DNA from: Octopus bimaculoides
Taxonomy: Eukaryota
Length of the DNA: 64,000 nucleotides
Assembly (NCBI RefSeq): GCF_001194135.2
Contig: NC_068993.1
Coordinates: forward strand, 2,151,753-2,215,752
Direction: 5' to 3'
The notes under the pieces: generated by a model
The model's database searches: none
Told to the model about the DNA's origin: nothing
What the model saw: only the letters and a program-made list of their open reading frames with translations
Position numbers and translations under genes: made by a program
In this document: piece after piece, positions 52,586 through 64,000 of the stretch
Position numbering within the stretch: position 1 is the first letter of the stretch
Layout: the number at the start of each line of letters is the position of its first letter

Positions 52586-54699
52586 TATTTCATGTGATGT
52601 AATTAAGGGTTGGTCTCGTTATTAATATCATACTTTCGAGTAGGTCTGAAATATCTAAGTAGAGTAGCTTGGAGAGTTTCAGTGACAGGAAGAATAAATT
52701 CAATCTGAAATGTTTGTATAACTGGATGTGTATAGTAGAGAATTTAATGTTAAGTTTATTTCGATCTAAGTATGAATATGTGCGTTTTGGTGTTTCCTGT
52801 TAGTTGTACACCAAAAATCATATGAGATCCAAGGGGTAATACTCTACCATTAATGCTACATCTAAAACTGTGCAGGATATTTAATTGTGGTTGAGTCCAC
52901 CTAGTTCTCCTTACATGATATTACATCTATCTATAAGTAGATAATGTGAAATAACAGCAATAATTACAGAAAGCCGTTCTAGTAAACTAAACGAAAATAC
53001 GATAAAATCTGGGATCGGCGGAGATCATCCTTGCGCTTGGTAGAAAACATCAGTTTAACCAATATATATTGGAATGATCTGTTTTTAAGGAGTATTAGTG
53101 AAATCAACGGACGTATTTCACTCTTATGAGACCTGCTTAGTTAAATTCCAGTCAATTGGAATGTAATAATACAGGGACTGTAATAATATATATTGTGAAG
53201 TTGAGGGAGAATGCCACAGACAACTATTATGCATAATACAAACAAATATATGACATGACTGTATCATTTATGACACAGTGTATCGAAATACTGATCAAAT
53301 GAGATTATCGAAACAGATACTGGACACAAAAACATTATTTCCTGAGAATTTATTCATTTGTTTGCTGCGCGGATTTCTACTGTTTCCCCCACTATTTTGC
53401 AGAAGGCAAATTGCAACTATTAGTTGTTCAAGGGTCTCCCTATTACTTGTTGCTACGAAAAACGGAGACACCAGTTTGTACTGCTGAATCTTGCTAGTAG
53501 ACATACGGCTAGTTATATCGCACAAACTATAACTAACTAATTGCTCACCGAATAAAACTTCTGAATTCATCAAAATTAAATATATGAAATGTCTGAGATT
53601 AAAACTCGAAAACAAAATAATTCTGATCCTCTGAGACAATAGAATTGTGTAATGTTTAATAAGAAAATATTTTCTAAATGTCTGCAGATATTTTTAAAAA
53701 AATAGTAACGTTTTCTATAAAAATATTTTCAACTTCATCTGACCAAGAAGTGTAAATTATTTTTTATTTAATTGAAAGATTTCTTTTTAGAAACATCAAA
53801 TTTAAAGAAACAATTTTTTTCCTTATATGTTTTTCATATTATTTTGTTCAGACAGCGACACTTTATTACAAGGAAATTATTTAATCGAATTTTCTTTATA
53901 AAAAGAGACTAAAGTTGAATGTGAACTTTCATACTTACTATTTAATGTTTGTTCAGAGATTAGATTGGATGTGTAGATTAACACTTTGTGAAAATAAACA
54001 TACAGACAAAATTAGGTGGGAGAATGTTAAAGAAATAATTTGATTTTTTCTTAAAAAAAAGAAAACTGTCAACATCACAATTTAAATATATTAGGTACAA
54101 ATGAAGTTTATCTCTTTTAAATAGTAAATCACTCAGGCAAAATATTATTTCCATCAGAAAGTAATAAATATCTAGATGAAAGTTTTTTTGAAGAATTTTA
54201 TTTAAATGGATACACATACAAACACAGGAAATGTCTTGCACACATTCCACACATTCGTCTAATATAACAACATTTATATATATATATATAAGATCNNNNN
54301 NNNNNNNNNNNNNNNNNNNNNNNNNNNNNNNNNNNNNNNNNNNNNNNNNNNNNNNNNNNNNNNNNNNNNNNNNNNNNNNNNNNNNNNNNNNNNNNNNNNN
54401 NNNNNNNNNNNNNTATATATATGTATAAAAAACACATATGAATATATATAAATATACATATACATACACACACACACACACACACATATATATGTATCCA
54501 CGTCCATACACATATGAAAGTATATTAAATATCATATAGAATAAATACTTGATTTACTGAAATCATCTCTATTTACTCTAACATATAATTTGTTCGCAAT
54601 TGTGACCATCACCTGGGAAATAATGTGTAGACTTAGGATCTCTCCGAGAACCGAAATATCATAAATGAAACGAATGATTGTCTAGAGGGAAGAGGAAAG

Positions 54700-54742
54700 C
54701 TTTCGACACGTGTTTCAACGTCAACAAACGTCATCAGGACAG
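54700..54742 (-). ncRNA. Candidate minimal type I hammerhead ribozyme (HHR-3)
   Basis: Minus strand: CUGUC-CUGAUGA-CGUU uguu GACG uu-GAA-ACACGUGU-C/GAAAG. Intact core, perfect 8-nt palindromic stem III, canonical GUC triplet, stem I 4 of 5 paired, stem II imperfect. Confidence 0.68.
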
Positions 54743-55437
54743 TGTTTTCCCGACCTTGTTTTCAGTAGACAGAAATACGCTGACGAAATAGATATGGCAC
54801 GAAATTAAATTAACTTATAACTCTTGCACATACATACACATATACATACGCACACACATGCATATACCTAAATATGGGTGTGTGTCTGTGCATGCTTATA
54901 GACATATGCATGCATGTATATTAACAACACATGCATACATATATAAATTCTGTTGGTCGCCATGTACATTGAATCTGTTCTTGCATGTGAAATATGTTAG
55001 CTGCGCCATCACTGTTGCCACCTTCTCAATGAGGACAAACTTATCGATACAATTCCTCACCTTTTATCCTGTTCCTTCATTTATTTTCGTCTGCTATCAA
55101 AGTTTTTTTTCATTCTGTATATTATCATAGGTTTTCTCGTTTTATTTTTCGGTAAATCACACTAAATATTACTGCAAATGCAGACAGTTTTCCTACGCAT
55201 AATATTTGATAGCATTTAACGCAAACCGTTTTCTGTTCCTTTGAATCTGATAGACACTACAGTGCATCTATTGTCTACTGCGCTAATCGTAATGATAAAC
55301 CTGTTGTAGTTAGTGAGCTTCGTGAAAATAAATAAGAGCCTAGAATATCTGGAGAAGCCATGTCGTGAAAAAAAATTGCGACCAATAAAATCGTAGAAGT
55401 CTCATGTTAATAATGTGAAAAAAAAGCAACAACAATC

Positions 55438-55439
55438 CT

Positions 55440-55499
<60 letters not shown>

Positions 55500-55530
55500 A
55501 TAATAATAATAATAATAATATAATGATAAT
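55438..55530. repeat. (CTA)n-(TAA)n compound microsatellite
   Basis: Direct reading. Confidence 0.95.
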
Positions 55531-55794
55531 AGCATGAGCACTCAGAGAGTGCAAACCTCCACCAATGTGTATGTAAGCATATAAAATAGAGCCGCAGTGA
55601 GAGGTGAAGGAAGAGGAGATAAATGGCAAAGAGAGAATCGTATGAATGAGAAAGGAAGGAGTGATAAATAAATAATAAAGGAAGGAGTGAAAAAGCCGAT
55701 AAACAGCGTTTGATGAGTGAGTATGTGTGTGTATGTTTGTGCGTGTGCAAAAGAATTATGTGAAACTGTACTTATACATGTAAAGTAAAGAAAA

Positions 55795-55993
55795 TAAAAA
55801 TCCAGAATCCTTGACCGGTACCGGATCGATTCCAAAATCTAATCCGTCCGTGCCAGTCACGAGGCCAAACAACCCTGAAAGTTTCATCCGAATCCATCCA
55901 GCGGTTCTTGGGATATCCTATCCACAGACAAACAAACAAACAAACACACACGACGGAAAACAATACCTTCGCCTTTGCGTAGGTGGAGGTAAT
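55795..55993 (-). mobile_element. Probable non-autonomous Helentron-type (DINE-1/HINE-like) element, 5' part
   Basis: Minus strand starts ATTACCTCCACCTACGCAAAGGCGAAGGTATTGTTTTC (10-bp subterminal hairpin), then a (GTTT)n/GTCT microsatellite, GGATTCGGATGAAACTTT and the near-palindrome ATCCGGTACCGGTC. Confidence 0.55.
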
Positions 55994-56017
55994 GATAATA
56001 ATAATAATAATAATAAT

Positions 56018-56079
<62 letters not shown>

Positions 56080-56103
56080 GAAGAAGAAGAAGAAGAAGAA
56101 GAA
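55991..56103. repeat. (AAT)n-(AAG)n compound microsatellite
   Basis: Direct reading. Confidence 0.95.
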
Positions 56104-57392
56104 AATGAATAAGACGAAGAAAGAGGAAGAGGATACTGAGGCGAGTAAGTATAAGAAAAATAAGACGGTGATAAGTAAAAGAAGAAAAAGAAACTGATGA
56201 TGATAATGTTGATGATTGTTGTCATAATGATTATTAGGATTTTCATAAAAAAGTAGGGGTTTGATGACGACGATGTTAATAATTGTGGTTCTGATGGAAT
56301 GGTGGATCACACCATCAATGGCGGTTATATCTATAATATCGTTGCGACTTTGAGTTGAAGAAATAATATTGTTAACAATAATGAAAATCATAATGGTGAT
56401 AGTGATGGTGATAGTGATGATGAAACTGAAGACCATTATGATTTATTTCAAACAAAATTTAAACCTCAGTGGAAAGAGTAGGCTTTACTTTCGTCCTCAA
56501 CTTGAAATTCTATTCTATAATGTATTTTTCTTTTAAATTTCGACAAAACATTGATACTCATACTAACATAAATGATTGAAGATATGGACACATCTGTGAC
56601 AGAGAAACAGATTAAATAACGTCTGTTTGCTAAAGAAGGACAGTAAAACTCTATCGCCTTAAATAATCACCATTAATCAAACAAGATTCGCCTGATTGGT
56701 AAGAGAAGAGAGAGTTTGTGTAACTCTACGACAATCTCTTGCCAAAACAGGAATATCTAAACAGATATATTACATCAGCCAAAATTACTCAATCAGTTCG
56801 TTCCACACAACGTTAATATTACGAATTAGCTGATGATTAAATGACATGTCATTTTAAATCCTGAAATAATAAATTAGATAACGGCGCTAAGAAATTTCAC
56901 CCCCCACTCTCTCTCTGAGTCTTTCTCCCCTTCTCGCCTGTCTAATTCTAGCTTATCCCACCCCCGCCTGTAGAAATTTTAATTAACAGCTTAATACTGA
57001 ATATTTCCCTGTCTTTCTAAATAACGATCATACATATTTCTCTATCTTTCTATTTTGTGATATTTCTCGATAAATATGGAAGTTGATAAATATATATTCT
57101 GAAATAGAAATTAGTATTTACGCACAAATACGCATTTGTATACTTTGAAATACGAATATGTATGNNNNNNNNNNNNNNNNNNNNNNNNNNNNNNNNNNNN
57201 NNNNNNNNNNNNNNNNNNNNNNNNNNNNNNNNNNNNNNNNNNNNNNNNNNNNNNNNNNNNNNNNNNNNNNNNNNNNNNNNNNNNNNNNNNNNNNNNNNNN
57301 NNNNNNNNNNNNNNNNNNNNNNNNNNNNNNNNNNNNNNNNNNNNNNNNNNNNNNNNNNNNNNNNNNNNNNNNNNNNNNNNNNNNNNNNNNNN

Positions 57393-57806
57393 CCTATAAG
57401 TTCTGTCCAAATTTTGAATAAAGAAAACAAGTGATCAAGTGTTATATTTAATTGAAATTTAATCATCAATGTACTTTCTTTCATTATCTACGACATCCAT
57501 CCGTCTATTTACAAGCTTTTTAATCCTATCAATATAAAACTCTTTTGGTTTCAAAGTGAAGAACTCTGAAATGTTAGTTTCGACCTCCTCCTGGCTTGCG
57601 AAAATTATGTCCCTCAAATGATTCTGTAAACTACGAAACAAATGGTAGTCTGAAGGAGCAAGGTCGGGAGAATAAGGTGGATGAGGAATATTTTCCAACC
57701 AAGCTTCTGTGATGTGATCTTTGCAGTGTGGGGTCACGCATTGTCCTGATGAAACATCACTCCTTTTCGATTCCTTAAAGCGTGTCTTTTTTTCTTCAAA
57801 CTTTCT
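57393..57806 (-). pseudogene. Mariner transposase C-terminal half (mellifera/cecropia-like) with the inner part of its 3' TIR
   Basis: LKKKRHALRNRKGVMFHQDNA*PH, frameshift, HPPYSPDLAPSDYHLFRSLQNHL...KYIDD* (stop at 57459). GGACAGAACTTATAGG (57393-57408) is a mariner TIR-like sequence cut by the gap. Confidence 0.9.
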
Positions 57807-58075
57807 GGGAGACCCGTAACCAGCAGAAATGAGGAAAACATCGCATATGTGCGTGCAGGTTTTATAGGAAATCGACAAATCACCATCCATGAGTTATCAG
57901 AGGATGTGTATATTAATTACGGTTCAGTCTATTATCACTGAAGGTTTGGGCATGAAGCGCGTGTCTGCCAAGTGTGTGCTAAAACTGCTTTCAGCAGACC
58001 CAAAAGACGGCACTCGGGTTTTCGCCGCACAAGTTCTTGATTCTATCGAGAACGATGAAAATCTTTTGAAAATTG
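57807..58075 (+). pseudogene. Mariner transposase internal segment (second HTH to linker), inverted relative to its neighbours
   Basis: GRPVTSRNEENIAYVRA...NRQITIHELSEDV.INYGS, frameshift, VQSIITEGLGMKRVSAKCVLKLLS...NDENLLKI. Confidence 0.85.
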
Positions 58076-58345
58076 GCTTAGGGCCCTGGGAAGTTATTGC
58101 CCAGCTTTTGGCAAGAATTGATGCAGATTCCCTGCTCAACTTTCTCTGTCATGGTCTATGAGACGATCACACGCTACACACCTTCCTTCGAAGCACTGCT
58201 GTAAACAGCGGAAGTGAGCAAGAACGTTAAAAGTTAGTGCACATGCGCAGCTGACTTCAAGGTCAATCGGTGTCATGCGGCTTTACTCTGTGCTTTAGCT
58301 TCGTTAGTATGGCAACAGTCCGGATACTTATTGATCAGAACACTT
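58076..58345 (-). pseudogene. Mariner (irritans-like) 5' TIR, 5' UTR and first codons
   Basis: ATG at 58152-58150 gives MTEKVEQGICINSCQKLG (like EQR.CIKFC.KLG). 58311-58339 is 27/29 identical to the TIR region at 23742-23770. Confidence 0.8.
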
Positions 58346-58609
58346 ATGTATGGAGGTATGTGTATGGATGAAGGCTTTCGTGCGAATGTGTATTATGTTG
58401 ACTGTATGCATTGTTTGCTACAAATGTGTAATAGTGATACAACAGCTGTATATTGAGCGTATGTGTTAATTTCAGTGTAATCGGAGGCCCTTCGCTCCAA
58501 TGGTACGATTGGTTCCACTGTAAGATGTGAAAACATTGCAGGTTGCGTAGAGATCAGCATTTGTTTCAATTGTCGACAATACATGACTAATATTTTATCT
58601 TATCATCAT

Positions 58610-58715
58610 TGGAAATGTTACAGACAAAGTCGACATTAGCAGGGTTTGAAATCATAATAGAACATAAAATACCACGAGGTATTTTGCACGATACTCTGTT
58701 GATTCGGCCATAGCA
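58610..58715 (-). mobile_element. Degenerate SINE family A head/core
   Basis: GACAAAGTCGACATTAGCAGGGTTTGAAATCA...AAATACCACGAGGTATTTTGCACGATACTCTGTTGATTCGGCCA. Confidence 0.45.
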
Positions 58716-59674
58716 TTACTCTCTCGATTCACTTCGTAAAATATAAAAATACAGTTGAAATATTTATAAAAATGAAGTCATTGAGGAAGAGGAAGAAAGG
58801 AATTGCAGACGTAGAGTTACATATTAGTAGTAAAGTGACAAAGAGAGAGCAAGTGAGGGAGAGAGAGAGAGAGAGAGAGAGACAGGGACAGAGATGAAAG
58901 GAAGAGGATGAATGTGTATGTAGACATGGCGGGGAAATGATGGAATGAAATGAAGAGAATAAAATAAAGCTGTGTTTATGGCAAGAAATGACAACAATGT
59001 AGAAAGTAAATAAAGAAAAGGAAAATAGTTTATTGAATCAAAAGTGGAGAAAGTGTAAGAGAAGCGACTAAAATAAGTGGATTGAGAAGAAACAGAGTTT
59101 GCTAGTTACAAACAGAAGACTTGTAGAGTAGAAAAGTAAAAAGAACAGGAAGAAGGATGTGAGAGACAAAAAATATACAACAATTCCATTGAAAAAGTTA
59201 TGAAATAAATAAATTGAACAAAGTTTTGATGTATTTTGATGTATTTTGTGCTTAAATTTATTTCTACAAACATCGAATTTACTTTTCAAGTATTTTTTCT
59301 TTCAATCTATGTTGTGCACCTTTTCGTTTCAAGTCTTTGTTGTTTCTATAAATTGAAGGCTTCAGAACAGGATGTAGTTCACATGTGGCGGATGTGAGTG
59401 GCTGAAACAGTGAAGAAGAAAATAGTCTTCCGTTTGTACACAATCGCAAACAACATGGAAGGTAGAGCTTGCAGAGAGTGAGACAGAGATAAAGAGAGAG
59501 AAAGAGAAAGAAACGGAGAGACAGAGGAAGACAGAGTCATAGACAAAGAGGGAGAGGGAGAATATTTTCACGGCGTCTTCTCTTTTTGCTTCGTCTTGCT
59601 TTGTTGTCAATGTTTACTGATATTGATACAGCGTTCCTTTATTGTATTTTTCATCGACATCACTACCGTCTTAG

Positions 59675-59738
<64 letters not shown>

Positions 59739-59770
59739 TACTATCATTATTATTATTGTAATTATTATTG
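59675..59770. repeat. (ATT)n microsatellite
   Basis: Direct reading. Confidence 0.95.
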
Positions 59771-59772
59771 TT

Positions 59773-59878
59773 AAGGCGGCGAGCTGGCAGAATCGTTAGC
59801 ACACTGCGTGAAATGCTTAGCGGTATTTCATCTGCCGCTACGTTCTGAGTTCAAATTCAACCGAGATCGACTTTGCCT
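59773..59878 (+). mobile_element. SINE family A, 5' half, low divergence
   Basis: AAGGCGGCGAGCTGGCAGAATCGTTAGCAC...GAAATGCTTAGCGGTATTTC...GAGTTCAAATTC..CCGAGATCGACTTTGCCT. Confidence 0.85.
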
Positions 59879-60016
59879 AAACCTCCGAAAAACCTAAATA
59901 ACTGTTTTTATGCGCTTCTACTTAACATTGGTAGGTTGACGTAACGTGAATACCGCACCTTCCCTCTATAACCCTCTCTCCATTTGTGGAGATACCCTGC
60001 AAATATAGAATGAGAT

Positions 60017-60065
<49 letters not shown>

Positions 60066-61022
60066 CTTACAAACATATATACGTTTCTACTAGGTGGGTT
60101 ACCTGAGCGGAATCACACACGCACACACATACGCAAACACATACACACATACAAACGCAAACACACACATGTATGTGCATACATTTACATACACGCACAT
60201 ACATGCATACACGTATATGTCTAAATAACAAGTGCATATGCATACGTGTATGTGTCTGCATTTGTGTATATATATGTATTCATGCTTCCATGTATCTATC
60301 TATCTATATATGTATATGTATGTGTGTATATATGTAAGTAAGTGCATTTCAACATCGAAGCCTCCTGTACTCGTTAGTTTTTTTTTGTGAAAGTAAAATT
60401 TTTACTCATCAGATTAATCGGAACGATTATATATTATAAATTTACACGGTTTCTCTCCACCGTAATCATACGCTTTCTCAAACGCTTCTTTCGATAAAGT
60501 CGAATTATTAATCGCACACACACGCACCCACACACACACATACCGACTCTCAAACACACTCACAGCAACACATACTTAAGCAGGTTTCATACACATACAG
60601 ATATTTCTTCTTCATATTTATTTTTACATTCTGTTCCTTATCTTGACCTTGCGGCCAATTTCGTTGACAACCAATACTGTATTGGCTGTCAATACCTGAG
60701 GGATCTCAATAATTTCAGCCCTGAGGTCAATGAAATATTGGTTTATTTATATTGTATTATACTTGTATTGAACGTTTCATGACCCGCCAGGACAAAGTGC
60801 TACGGGATGTGTGTTGATATTGAGTATAAGCTGTCATTTATTGGGTTTCTGCAAACATTAAAAACTGAAGTGATAGAAAAGAGGATAATCTGTCCATGAA
60901 ACCGAAACCAAAAATCTGTATTATATCATATAACACATTATAGAGCAATATTTTTAGTGTATTTGGTAAAAGCTACTGCCTCGCCACAACTGGTTCGCGA
61001 AACAGCTACGGTAAGGGATACG

Positions 61023-61221
<199 letters not shown>

Positions 61222-61580
61222 GCATATATACATATAACAAGCAAACTAGCTAGTCAAGAAAATCTGTATAAGAGATGACAGAAGTATTTATATTGAAGCG
61301 TATTGTTTATGGGAAATACTGAGAAAAGTTGCAAATGCGTCAGTCAATATGTGTGTGTATGTGTGTGTTTGAAATTAAAACAAGATTAAGTTTTTAACAT
61401 AACTAAGAATAATTTTATTCTGTGTTTATACGTATGAAAAATATTAAAAAAAAACATATTAGCATCGCTTTTCACAAAATAAATTCTTTCGTACCATAGT
61501 TCAACTGAAAAGTTATATTGGTGGACATATTTTTAAGTTGAGTTTCACATATATCAGATAAGTAAACATATTGTCACGGT

Positions 61581-61755
61581 GGTGCACCAGCATGACCGCA
61601 GCCACTTGGCTGAAACACATAAATAAATAAAAAAATATACGTGCACGTGTGGGTGTGTGGTAAGAAGTATGCTTCCCAAGAACATGGTTCCAAGTTCGGT
61701 TCCACTGTGTAGCAACTTGGAGAAGTGTTTTCTCCTATAGCCTCAGGCTATCCAA
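61581..61755 (+). mobile_element. SINE family C 3' tail (61581-61635) directly followed by a family C 5' head (61641-61755)
   Basis: GGTGCACCAGCATGACCGCAGCC..TTGGCTGAAACACATAAATAAATAAAAAAA, then GTGTGGGTGTGTGGTAAGAAGTATGC...ATGGTTCCAAGTTCGGTTCCACTG. Confidence 0.75.
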
Positions 61756-62454
61756 TAATACAACTACTGTCACAACAAACGTAGCGCCGAAAATCCATAA
61801 TGTAACTGGATATACATGATCGAGATTTAGGCTATGCTGAAAGATTTTCAGTGAAGTGTAGATTCTACAGCATACAAGAGTTTACAATATAGCCTCAAAT
61901 ATCTCTGCAGCAAATCCTTGAAAAGATTCTAAGAAGAACGACAACAACTGTGGCAATAACATTGTATATTTAATACAAATAAGTTTTCGAAAGTCTGTTT
62001 CCATTAGTTGAGCTGCCAGCACATTTTACAGAAGGAATTCTCACAGAATTTCAAGAAAACAACATAAGATATATACTTAATATGAACAGGATATTATATT
62101 TTAAGGTCTATCTATAGAAATAAGGGACCAATTACTCTTGAGTGATAATATTTTCGTATATAGGGAGATAATCAAATATAAATGACCCAAAACATGACAA
62201 CTGGAAACAATTTCTCTATCTTAGAATCTCGATTCTTTAAAGATATGTTTATTTCCAGCATTGAAGAGTAACACAAAATGATGGAATTATTTTCCGAAAT
62301 GATTTCTTAAAAGGATATTCTTTGATAATTTTGTTGTCATTTGCTTGACTATAAATTTCTTGAATGTTCCTTTTACTTTTGTTTATTCTGTACACACACA
62401 CAGAGCAGCACATTCATATACATATATACATACACATATGAATGAATACATAGT

Positions 62455-62463
62455 ATGTATGTA

Positions 62464-62521
<58 letters not shown>

Positions 62522-62560
62522 TATACATATATATCATGCATATATATCATATATATATAT
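62455..62560. repeat. (TA)n microsatellite
   Basis: Direct reading. Confidence 0.95.
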
Positions 62561-63968
62561 ATGTACAAGCAATATGAATATACATACACATGTATGACTA
62601 TATGCTTATATCTATGCATATATATATGTGTGCGTGTATGAGTGAGTGTGTGTGTGTGTTTGTGCATATATGTATGGGTGTATAATGACTGTGAATGCCA
62701 GATTAGAATGCAATATTTTCCTAGAGATGAAGAGGGTAACCTTATATATATTATTCTAACACAAAATATCCATTAAAGCAAACAAACTGATTTTTTTCTT
62801 CAATTTCACATTTTTATACATTATTTCATAACATTGTTGTTGTGTTTGCTTCTGTTTTGTTTTCAGTTTCTTTTTGTGATAGGTGAAAATGTCAGCGTTT
62901 TCTTGCTGCTCTTGTTTCGGTCTGTACTATCATTTGTGTGGTGTTGCTTATACTGTACTTTTTTTTGTTTTGTTTTTGCTGTCAATCAATATGATCATGA
63001 CAGTGATATGTTTCTTATTTTCAGAGTAAAGAATCTCCGAGATATTCAAGACAATGGATCTCTCCCTATCTCGGCCGTTGTATTTATCAATGAAATATAG
63101 CTTAAAGGGTGGAAATAACAAATAACAATTCACGCAAGAGGTACAGAGAAAACCGAACACGTTGTCTTTGAATGTAACGATGGAATGTTTTACAATTTAT
63201 AAACTGCTATAAGTAACGTATTTTATAATTTTTCTATTTTATCAGAACTGACAAAATTAATACTTCTATGTTGAAAATAAAGTTAAAATATTCATATAGG
63301 CGAATGAGAAGGAATAATATTTCAAATAGCAAATGGTTGTAGAAAACGTATCCCTGTAGTTTCACAGGGATTCACGATAAAAATGGTGAAAGCAAAATTT
63401 GAACTTATTGCTTTGCTCTTGTAAAATTATCTGCCAGTTTAACGTCACAACCACATTTATATTCTATGCATCTATAAATCCTTAGATGAAACAACGGAGG
63501 AAATAAAAATCAATAGAAAGTCAGTTCAAAATTTTATTGGGTAAAATAAATAGGAGAAGCGAACTACAGCGACTCATAAAAATGGGTCGTATATAGAAAC
63601 ATCGCTGTTCATTATTAAGAATATTGGTAGAAGCTGCCATTAGTAACGAGGAGGTTGGAATCAGTGAATTCAATCCTATTTGTGTAGTATCTCTGCGTAA
63701 TTGGCCTTAGATGTAGAAGAGGATATCTAACGTCCAAATGAATGGGTTCCTTGTAAGAGACGCAGTAAAAGTACTACGCATTAATTAGGTGCAGATATAA
63801 GCAGCAAAACTGTCACTTACTATTTACAGTATGGAAATTCATTTCGGAAAATGATAGGGTTTTACAGAGGTGTATTTCACAGTCTGTTTCACTTACCGCG
63901 TTTCATGTATGCAGGTATGTGTGTATATGTGTATAACTGTACATAACTACATATTACATAGAAACATA

Positions 63969-64000
<32 letters not shown>

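Noticed and set aside
53295-53639. 114-aa minus-strand ORF
   Set aside because: No recognisable domain and no good splice donor; the length is compatible with chance.
60387-60412. Minus-strand CUGAUGA followed by a GUAAAA/UUUUAC hairpin
   Set aside because: Followed by UUUC instead of GAAA, and the loop is a single nucleotide.

Overview
AT-rich, microsatellite-dense eukaryotic genomic DNA with 11 assembly gaps, most flanked by (TA)n. The SINE repertoire and repeat density suggest an octopus/coleoid cephalopod genome (inference from recalled repeat motifs, not a database search). I recognise no intact protein-coding gene. Nearly all long ORFs in the supplied track are microsatellite or N-gap artefacts. 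The window is a transposon graveyard: three tRNA-derived SINE families (called A, B, C here; about 20 copies or fragments), decayed Penelope-like, RTE, L1/Tx1-like and R4/Dong-like retroelements, several Tc1/mariner remnants and a probable Helentron-type non-autonomous element. The most notable signal is three compact, sequence-unrelated type I hammerhead-ribozyme folds on the minus strand (12932-12976, 29005-29056, 54700-54742). Two have the palindromic stem III typical of dimer-activated Penelope hammerheads, and one lies upstream of a co-oriented decayed Penelope RT. A half-deleted fourth fold lies at 30472-30520. Also notable is a chimeric mariner locus (57393-58345) made from two subfamilies with an internally inverted segment. 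All peptide matches and folds were read by eye and need computational confirmation.
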